Assembly (NCBI GenBank): GCA_965153355.1
Contig: OZ231126.1
Span: 40,238,001 to 40,302,000, forward strand
Reading direction: 5' to 3'
DNA length: 64,000 nt
From: Flaccisagitta enflata
Lineage: Eukaryota
Of the stretch, positions 54,932 through 64,000 are shown piece after piece. The position numbers and the translations under genes were made by a program. The notes below the pieces were generated by a model. That model ran no database searches. It saw only the letters and a list, made by a program, of their open reading frames with translations, and was not told the origin of the DNA. The stretch's first letter is position 1, and each line of letters begins with the position of its first letter.

Positions 54932-55000
54932 AAGAGCTTTATCTGCTCTTTAAAATGAGCCCAGGTTGAGGTCAGTAGCTCAATTCATTTAGAAGATATA

Positions 55001-55766
55001 CAGGGAGTACCACGCCAAACAGGACAAAAGAAAACGATGTATCTTTGCTTCTAGAAATGGTAGAATGATTCTGTAAACAGGTTCAGAAAGCTCTTAAAAA
55101 ACGATTTTTATATCTGTATTTTGCCAAAGGCTCATTAAGAAAACTGAATCCCTTTGTATTGTTTAAAGCAAAGTATAGTTTTTACTTTTAGTTTTTGCTT
55201 GTTTTGTTGTATATTGACAAGCATCTTTTTATCCTACTCTCATTTCCAAAAAAATGGTGCTACAATCCTGGCAATGGTCTTGAATTAAAGATATTGTGAG
55301 GTAGAATCATACCTCTGCAAAAAATGAGAAAATTGTACAATATTGGTTAGGTCCAGAGACTTTTTGTAAGTTTCATTACAAAAAAGTTTTATGTGCATTG
55401 ATAAAAATTTCACTAATTATATTGAATGATACAATTTTGACTGAGGTCATGAGGGAATCCCAATCTTCCGTGTCCTAGCGTAACTGACAAACATTTCTGA
55501 CCATTTTTTGTCATCTATATGTGAATATGACTTGAAAAATCTAAGGAAAAACCTTGAATTTGGATAGAAATTAGCATTTTTTGCTAAAAAAAGGCATTTT
55601 TTCATGGTTTTGCTGAGGATATATGTTAACCATGACTAGCAAAAGTCTGTATCATTCAAAAATCGTCTGAAGTTATCTTTTAGAAACAGTTTTCAGAAAT
55701 GATTTTGCACTTCTAGAAGCAAAAATACATCGTTTTCTTTTGTCCTGTTTGATGTGATACACCCTG
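55001..55766. mobile_element. Tc1/mariner-type MITE (CAGGG termini), copy 2, nested in the hATm-like TIR
   Basis: Same TIR family as 12551-13322. TA on both sides; the opposite TIR arm (about 51940-51980) shows the empty site. Confidence 0.85.
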
Positions 55767-58700
55767 TAGGCTTACAAAGAGGGGGTTAATGCTTCTTTTC
55801 CTCAAAAGAAGCATCAACTTTGAAAGAATGTTGCTCCTAAACGAATTGAGCTAGAGACTTCAACTTAGGCTCATTTTAAAGAGCTTTGTCTGCTCTTTGA
55901 AATGAGCCCAAGTTGAGGTCAGTAGCTCAATTCGTTTGGGAGATATGAGCTTTTGAAGCAACCCTTTCAAATAGGGGTTGTTGGAAACACCATCATCGTT
56001 CAATTTAGGGGGGGGTGGCGGGTATGAGCAAAACTTATCCTATCACAACCAAATTTGGTAGTTCTTATCTATGATGGAAATGGTCTCATTTCCTCCGCGG
56101 GCGTCATGAGTTTTGAAAATGACACCACTTTAAGCCACCCTACCCTTTAAGGAAGGCCCTTTAAGGAAGGCCCTTTATGGAAGGCCCTTCAAGGCCCTTT
56201 AAGACCCTTTAAGGCCCTTTAAAGCCTTTTAAGACCCTTTAAGGCCCTTTAAGGAAGGCCCTTTGAGGAAGGCCCTTTGAGGCCCTTTAAGGCTCTTTAA
56301 GGCCCTTTAAGGAAGGCCCTTTGAGGAAGGCCCTTTAAGGCCCTTTAAGGCCCTTTAAGGCCCTTTAACGAAGGCTCTTTAAGGAAGGCCCTTTGAGGCC
56401 CTTAAAAGCCCATTAAGGCCCTTTAAGACCCTCTGAGGCCCTTTGAGGCCCTTGGAGACCTTTCAAGGCCCTTTAGGCCCTTCAAGGCCCTTAAAGGGCC
56501 TTCAAGGGCCCTAAAGGGTCTCAAAGGGCCTAAAAGGCCTTAAAAGGGCCTTAAAGGGCCTTAAAGGGCCTAAAAGGGTCTCAAAGAGCCTTAATGGGCC
56601 TCAAAGGGCCTTCCTTAAAGCATATAGGGCCTTAAAGAAGAATAAAAAGGGCCTTAAAAGGGCCTTAAAAAGGCCTTAAGGGCCTTAACAAATATAAGGA
56701 GCCTTCCTTAAAGAACTGTAAAAGGTTTAAAGAGGTCTTAAGGGCCTTAAAAAAGGGCCTTAAAAGAGACCAGCAAAGAGACTAACAAAGGGCCTCAAAG
56801 GGCCCTTCCTCAAGGGTCTTCCCTTAAAAAGGGCCAGCAGAAGAGACATATAGGAGCAGCAAGAGCCTTATAGGAGCCTTAAGGAGCTCTTCCTTAAGTC
56901 TTAAAGAGGCCTAAAAGGGCCTTTAAGAACCTGAAAAGAGACTTAAAACGCAGCAGAAGGGCCTTAAAAGAGCCTTAAAAAAGAAGAGACGCCAAAGGGC
57001 CATCATAATGGGCAGCAAAAAGAGACCTTAAAAAAGAGACCTTAAAGGGCTAAAAGGGCCTTAGAAGGGAGTCTTAAAAAAGAGACATAAAATATAAAAA
57101 AGTAACAAAAGGGCCTTAAGAAAGGCCAAAACGTCGCAAAAGCATCAGATGGTCAGCGGTACCCGTTGTATGTGGGTGTGAGGTGGTTAAAGGGGCAGCG
57201 GCCCCAAAGGGGCCGATGACCTATGCTGTTTTTATTTGAACTTCAAGGCTTGAATTAGGACCTTGAGGCTGGGATATTAGCCTCATGGCTGGTATTTGAG
57301 CCTGGAGACTGGGATTTGAGCCTCATGGCTGGTATTTGAGCCTGTAACCCAGGATTTGGGCCTCGAGGCTTGGGTTTAAGCCTTTAGGCTGGTAGTTGAG
57401 CTTTGAGGCTGGGATTTGAGCCTTGGGCTAGGAGTTGAGCTGCTGGGCTGGCTGGGATTTAAACCTCGGGGCTGGGATTTGAGCCTTGAGGCTAGGATTT
57501 GAGCCTCCAGGCTGGGGTTTGAGCCTCTGGGGAGGCCCAGATCCCAGCCTTGAGGACCAAATCTCAGCCTACAGGCTAGGATATGGGCCTCGAGGCTAGG
57601 ATTTGGGCAGTTGCTCTTAAACAAAGGGCTAGGATTTGGGCCTCGAGGCTAGGATTTGAGCCTCAGCAGCTAGGATTTGGGCCACGAGGCTAGGATTTGG
57701 GCCTCGAGGCTAGAATTTGGGCCTCGAGGCTAGGATTTGGGCCTTGAGGCTAAGATTTGGGCCTCGAGGCTAGGTTTTGGGCCTCGAGGCTAGGATTTCG
57801 ACCTCAAGGCTAGGATTTGAGCCTCAAGGCTAAGATTTGGGCCTCGAGGCTAGGATTTGGGCCTCGAAGCTAGGATTTGGGCCTCGAGGCTAGGATTTGG
57901 GCCTTCAAGGCTAGGATTTGGGCCTCAAGGCCAGGATTTGGGCCTCCAGACTAGGATTTGGGCCTCCAGACTAGGATTGGGCCTCTAGCCTGTAGACTAA
58001 GATTCTGGCCTCGAGGGGGGCAACGGAGGAGAAGAAGGAGGAGAAGCAGAAGGAGAAATTTCCCCTATGTGTGACATGAGTCATCAGCCCCCTTCAGGGC
58101 CACTCTTTAAATGGCCTCAAAAAGGCCTTGAAGAGGCCTAAAAAGGGTCTCAAAAGAGCCTTAAAAAGGGCCTCAAAGGCCTTCCTCAAAAAGGAGCAGC
58201 AAAAGAAGGGCCTTAGAGAACTTTAAAGACATAAAGGAGCCTTAAAAGAGACATAAAAGAATAATAAAAAAAGAGGGCTAACAAGGAGCCCCTTCCTTAA
58301 AGCCCTTCCCCTCAAAAGGGCCCAGCAAAAGCGCAGCAAAGGGCCTTAACGGGCTTTAAAGGGCCTAAAGGCCTTCCTTAAAAAAGACCTTAAAGGGTCT
58401 TAAAGGGTCTTTAAGAGACATAAAAAGGAGTCTTAAAGGGCCTTAAATGGCCTTCCTCAAAGGGTCTTCCTTAAAGGGCCTTGAAGAGCCTTAAAGGGCC
58501 TAAAAGGGCCTTATAAGAACTTAAAGGGCCTTAAAGGGCCTTAAAAAGTCTTAAAGGGCCTTAAAGGGGCCTAAAGGGACTTAAAAAGCCTTAAAGGGCC
58601 TTAAAGGGCTGTAAAGGGCCTTAAAGGGCATTAAAGAGCAACAAAGAGCGTTAAAGGGCCATCAAGGGCTTTAAAGAGCCTTAAAGGGCTTTTAAGAGCC

Positions 58701-58782
58701 TTAAAAGGCTTCAAAGGGCCTTAAAGGGCTTTAAAGGGCATTAAAGAGCATTAAAGGGCCTTAAAGGGCCTTAAAACCTAAT

Positions 58783-59750
58783 AGTCATAAAAAGCATCAG
58801 ATGGTCACAGTACCCGTGCCCCTAGGTATGTGGGTGTGAGGTGGTTAAAGGGGCAGCGGCCCCAAAGGGGCCGATGACCTATGCTGTTTTTATTTGAACT
58901 TCAAGGCTGGAATTAGGACCTGGAGGCTGGGATATTAGCCTCATGGCTGGTATTTGAGCCTGGAGACTGGGATTTGAGCCTCATGGCTGGAATTTGAGCC
59001 TGGAGAATGGGATTTGAGCCTATAGCTTGGGATTTGAACCTCGAGGCTTGGGTTTAAGCCTTGAGACTGGGATTTGAGCTTTGAGGCTGGGATTTGGGCC
59101 TTGGGGCTAGGATTTGGGCCTCGAGGCTAGGATTTGGGCCTCGAGGCTAGGATTTGGGCCTCGAGGCTAGGATTTGGGCCTCGAGGCTAGGATTTGGGCC
59201 TCGAGGCTAGGATTCGGGCCTTGGGGCTAGGATTTGGGCCTCGAGGCTAGGATTTGGGCCTTGGGGCTAGGATTTGGGCCTCGAGGCTAGGATTTGGGCC
59301 TCGACGCTAGGATTTGGGCCTCGAGGCTAGGATTTGGGCCTCGAGGCTAGAATTTGGGCCTCGAGGCTAGGATTTGGGCCTTGAGGCTAAGATTTGGGCC
59401 TCGAGGCTAGGTTTTGGGCCTCGAGGCTAGGATTTCGACCTCAAGGCTAGGATTTGAGCCTCAAGGCTAAGATTTGGGCCTCGAGGCTAGGATTTGGGCC
59501 TCGAAGCTAGGATTTGGGCCTCGAGGCTAGGATTTGCGCCTTCAAGGCTAGGATTTGGGCCTCAAGGCCAGGATTTGGGCCTCCAGACTAGGATTTGGGC
59601 CTCCAGACTAGGATTGGGCCTCTAGCCTGTAGACTAAGATTCTGGCCTCGAGGGGGGGGGGACGGAGAAGAAGGAGGAGAAGCAGAAGGAGAAATTTCCC
59701 CTATGTGTGAAAGCATAGGTCATCGGCCCCTTCGGGGCCGCTGCCCAAAA
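58783..59750 (-). mobile_element. Family B variant with (GGCTAGGATTTGGGCCTCGA)n 20-bp array; sister copies 57133-58105(-), 60372-60855(-), 45935-46375(+), 46410-46865(+), 63543-64000(+)
   Basis: GGGCAGCGGCCCCAAAGGGGCCGATGACCTATGC and its inverse CATAGGTCATCGGCCCCTTCGGGGCCGCTGCCCAAAA. Confidence 0.8.
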
Positions 59751-61142
59751 TGGCCTCAAAGGGCCTTGAAGGGCCTAAAAGGGTCTCAAAGAGCCTTAAA
59801 GGGCCTCAAAGGGCCTTCCTCAAAGGGCCTTAAAGGGCCTTAGAGGGCTTTAAAGGGCCTTAAAGGGCCTTAAAGGGCCTTAAAGGGCCTTAAAGGGCCT
59901 TCCTTAAAGGCCTTCCTCAAAGGGCCTTAAAGCGCCTTAAAGGGCCTTAACGGGCTTTAAAGGGCCTAAAAGGGCCTTCCTTAAAGGGCCTTAAAGGGTC
60001 TTAAAGGGTCTTTAAGGGCCTTAAAGGGTCTTAAAGGGCCTTAAATGGCCTTCCTCAAAGGGTCTTCCTTAAAGGGCCTTGAAGGGCCTTAAAGGGCCTT
60101 AAAGGGCCTTAAAGGGCCTTATAGGGCCTTAAAGGGCCTTCCTTAAAGGACCTTAAAGGGCCTTAAAGGGCCTTAAAGGGCCTTAAAGGGCCTTAAAGGG
60201 CTGTAAAGGGCCTTAAAGGGCCTTAAAGAGCCTTAAAGGGCCTTAAAGGGCCATCCTTAATGGGCCTTAAAGGGCTTTTAAGGGCCTTAATGGGCTTTAA
60301 AGGGCCTTGAAGGGTCTTAAAGGGCCTTAAAGGGCCTTAAAGGGCCTTAAAGGGCCTTAAAGAGCCTAATAGTCGCAAAAGCATCAGATGGTCACAGTAC
60401 CCGTTGCCCCTAGGTGAGTGTATGTGGGTGTGAGGTGGTTAGAGGGGCAGCGGCCCCAAAGGGGCTGATGACCTATGCTGGTTTTATTTGAACTTCAAGG
60501 CTGGAATTAGGACCTGGAGGCTGGGATATTAGCCTCATGGCTGGTATTTGAGCCTGGAGACTGGGATTTGAGCCTCATGGCTGGAATTTGAGCCTGGAGA
60601 ATGGGATTTGAGCCTATAGCTTGGGATTTGAACCTCGAGGCTTGGGTTTAAGCCTTGAGACTGGGATTTGAGCTTTGAGGCTGGGATTTGAGCCTTGAGG
60701 CTGGGATTTGAGCCTCTAGGCTGGGATTTGAGCCTCGGGGCTGGGGTTTGAGCCCTGAGGCTAGGATTTGGGCCTCGAGGCTAGAATTTGAGCCTCGAGG
60801 CTAGGATATGGGCCTCGAGGCTAGGATTTGGGCCTTGAGGCTAGGATTTGGGCCAACTCCACTACTTTTTGACCAAATTTGCATAAATATCGTATATTAC
60901 TTCCAATTGAGTTTTTTGCAGTCAAATTCTATAATCTAAGTCCAAAAACTCTCTCAATCCACTCATCAGCACTTCAGCTAAGGAGCCGACTCAAAAATTG
61001 CTACCTTACTCAACGTCTTGGCTCAGAACGAGATCTTATGTTTTCCTAGTTCTACCTTATCAGCGTGAGAGGTCGCAAGGGGCGTTGTCTGTCTGGTCGG
61101 GACGACGGCGCCAACACCAGTTTGACTCGCGGATTTTTGTTT

Positions 61143-61822
61143 TTTTAGTCGCGTGAACGCGACTCTAGAAGCCGCTGTCTGTCAGTCGGTCGGTCTGTCG
61201 GTTGGTCTGTCTGTCACATTTTTGAAATAAAGCGTAATTCTTCATTTTAAAGGTACTTAAGGGTACTTCTGAGTACTTAAAGATACTTTAGGGTACTTTA
61301 AGGTACATTAGATACTTAAGGGTACTTTAGGTACTTCAGGGTACTTAAGAGTACTCTAGATACTAAAGGTGTTTTGGATTAGAATGTCCGGCGGTCGCAT
61401 TAAGCTTGACCTCGATTCTATCCTATAAGGGTATGGTTTCTTAACAATGTTACCCTTGGGTGTTTTGTTGAACTTTGGTTAAAAAAGTAACAATTATTGC
61501 CCTAACTACTTTTGGTAAGCAGTTTGCTTTTGGGTTAGATTGAGAAGGAATGTTTTTCAGATTCTGTTTTATGGAAAACTAGGAGTGGTGCGCGTGTTAA
61601 CTAGTCAGTGAGGGTTCACAAGGCCCTCTTCCATCTCTTTCAGTTTGGGTATAGTGAGGGATATTGTTCCACTTTTCATAGTACTTTAGGATACTTCAGG
61701 ATACTTTAGGATACTTTAGGGTACTTTAGGTCCTTTAGGGTACTTTAGGGGTACATTAGGTACTTAAGGATGCTTTGGGGTACTTAAGGGTACTTTAGGT
61801 ACTCTAGGGTACTTTAGGCTAC
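61143..61822 (+). mobile_element. Family A 5' part with a (GGTACTTTAG)-like 10-11 bp array
   Basis: TTTTAGTCGCGTGAACGCGACT, (GTCG/GTCT)n, array at 61250-61370 and 61680-61822. Confidence 0.7.
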
Positions 61823-64000
61823 TTTTTGGGCAGCGGCCCCGAAGGCCCTTTAAGGCTTTTTAAGGAAGGCCCTTTGAGGAAGGTCCTTTGAGGCCCTTTA
61901 AGACCCTTTTAGGCCCTTTAAGGCCCTTTAAGGCCCTATGAGGCCCTTTAAGGAAGGCCCTTTGAGGCCCTTTAAGGCCCTTTAAGGCCCTTTAAGACCC
62001 TTTAAGGCCCTTTAAAGCCCTTTAAGGCCCTTTCAGGGAGGCCTTTAAGGAAGGCCCTTTAAGGCCCTTTAAGGCCCTTTCAGGCCCTTTAAGGCCCTTC
62101 AAGGCCCTTTAAAGTCCTTTAAGGCCCTTTAAGGCCCTTTAAGGCCCTTTAAGGAAGGCCCTTTAAGGAAGGCCCTTTGAGGCCCTTTAAGGCCCTTTAA
62201 AGCCCTTTAAGGCCCTTTAAGGAAGGCCCTTTAAGGAAGGTCCTTTGAGGCCCTTTAAGGCCCTTTAAGGCCCTTTAAGGAAGGCCCTTTCAGGAAGGCC
62301 CTTTAAGGAAGGCCATTTAAGGCCCTTTAAGGCCCTTTAAGGACGGTCCTTTAAGGAAGGCCCTTTGAGGCCCTTTAAGGCCCTTTAAGGCCCTTTAAGG
62401 CCTTTTAAGGAAGGCCCTTTGAGGAAGGTCCTTTGAGGCCCTTTAACCCCTTTTAGGCCCTTTAAGGCCCTTTAAGGCCCTTTAAGGCCCTTTAAGGCCC
62501 TTTAAGGCCCTTTAACGAGGCCCTTTAAGGAAGGCCCTTTAAGGCCCTTTAAGGCCCTTTAAGGCCCTTTAAGGCCCTTTAACGAAGGCCCTTTAAGGAA
62601 GGCCCTTTGAGGCCCTTTAAGGCCCTTTTAGGCCCTTTAAGGTCCTTTAAGGCCCTTTAAAGCCCTTTAACGCCCTTTAAGGCCCATTAAGGAAGGCCCT
62701 TTAAGGAAGGCCCTTTAAGGCCCTTTAAGGCCCATTAAGGAAGGCCCTTTAAGGAAGGCCCTTTAAGGCCCTTTAAAGCCCTTTAAGGCCCTTTGAGGCC
62801 CTTTAAGGCCCTCTAAGGAAGGCCTTTAAGGGAGGCCCTTTAAGGCCCTTTAAGGCCCCTTAAGGCCCTTTATGGCCCTTTAAAGCCCTTTGAGGCCCTT
62901 TAAAGCCCTTTGAGGCCCTTTAAGGCCCTTTAAGGCCCTTTAAGGAAGGCCCTTTAAGGCCCTTTAAGGCCCTTTAAGGCCCTTTAAGGCCCTATAAGAC
63001 CCTTTAAGGCCCTTCAGCGCCCTATAAGGCCCTTTAAGGAAGGCCCTTTGAGGCCCTTTAAGGCCCTTTAAGGCCCTTTAAGACCCTTTAAGGCCCTTTA
63101 AGGCCCTTTAAGGCTTTTTAAGGCCCTTTAAGGAAGGCCCTTTAAGGAAGGCCCTTTAAGGCCCTTTAAGGCCCTTTAAGACCCTTTAAGGCCCTTTAAG
63201 GCCCTATAAGACCCTTTAAGGCCCTTTAAGGCCCTATTAGGCACTTTAAGGAAGGCCCTTTGAGGCCCTTTAAGGCCCTTTAAGGCCCTTTAAGACCCTT
63301 TAAGGCCCTTTAAGGCCCTTTAAAGCCCTTTAGGCCCTTTCAGGGAGGCCTTTTAAGGCCCTTTAAGGCCCTTTAAAGCCCTTCAAGGCCCTTTAGGCCC
63401 TTTAAGGCCCTTTAAGGCCCTTTAAAGCCCTTCAAGGCCCTTTGAGGAAGACCCTTTGAGGAAGGCCCTTTGAGGCCCTTTAAGGCCCTTTAAGGCCCTT
63501 TAAGGCCCTTTAAGGCCATTTAAGGCCCTTTAAGGCCCTTTTGGGCAGCGTCCCCAAAGGGGCCGATGACCTATGCTTTCACACATAGGGGAAATTTCTC
63601 CTTCTTCTCCTTCTTCTTCTCCTACGTCCCCACCTCTTCAAGGCCCAAATCAAAGTCTCAAGACCCAAATCCTAGCTTTGAGGCTCAAATTCCCGCTTCA
63701 AAGCTCAAATCCCAGCCTTGAGGCTCAAATCTCAGTCTCCAGGCTAAAATCCCAGCCTCGAGGCTGAAATCCCAGCCCTTAGGCTCAAGGCACAAATCCC
63801 AGCCTTGAAGTCAAATCCTAGCCTCGAAGCTCAAATCCCAGCTTCAAAGCTCAAATCCCACCCCCAAAGCTCAAATCCCAACCTCAAAGCTCAGATCCCA
63901 GCCTCGAAGCTCAAATCCCAGCCTCGAAGCTCTAATCTCAGCCTTGAAGCTGAAATCACAGCCTTGAAGCTCAAATCCCAGCCTCAAGGCCCTTATCCAA

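Larger units (their letters stand above)
51583..56142. mobile_element. Non-autonomous hATm-like element with long TIRs, inserted in the 10-bp satellite
   Basis: Termini TAGGGTGGCTTAAAGTGGTGTCATTTTCAAAACTCA / TGAGTTTTGAAAATGACACCACTTTAAGCCACCCTA. Perfect 8-bp TSD CCCTTTAA (51575-51582, 56143-56150). TIR extends several hundred bp. Confidence 0.9.
46870..63542. repeat. 10-bp satellite (TAAGGCCCTT)n with a 14-bp TAAGGAAGGCCCTT variant, interrupted by nested elements
   Basis: Forward at 46870-51582, 56143-56490 and 61843-63542; reverse (TTAAAGGGCC) at about 56490-60368. Confidence 0.95.

Noticed and set aside
63543-63600. Hammerhead-ribozyme-like pattern in B termini (hairpin, CCGATGA/CTGATGA, CCTATG...CATAGG stem, GGAAA)
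   Set aside because: No stem III can form, most copies lack the NUH site and have CCGATGA, and the other subfamily has ACGAAGT at the core. An Infernal search with hammerhead models would settle it.

Overview
Repeat-dominated eukaryotic (probably invertebrate animal) genomic DNA with one 10-N gap; not prokaryotic. Nearly all ORF-track entries are translations of microsatellites or minisatellites. Real coding signal is sparse: (i) two phase-compatible minus-strand exons (25008-24902 and 7577-7430, about 17 kb apart) that together read as an Ig-like domain of a large host gene; (ii) two disabled copies of a compact spliced gene of unknown function (31.8-33.2 kb, 40.7-43.2 kb); (iii) a hAT/hATm-like transposase remnant (36.7-37.2 kb). 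The rest is a deeply nested set of non-autonomous DNA elements. Two Helentron/HINE-like groups (called A and B here) keep a fixed terminal architecture but carry interchangeable tandem arrays, almost all with 10-11 or 20-21 bp periods. There are also TA-, 4-bp- and 8-bp-TSD MITEs, and a ~17 kb block of 10-bp AAGGCCCTTT satellite with polarity switches and a ~1.6 kb higher-order repeat. All family names rest on motifs read by eye; no database search was run.
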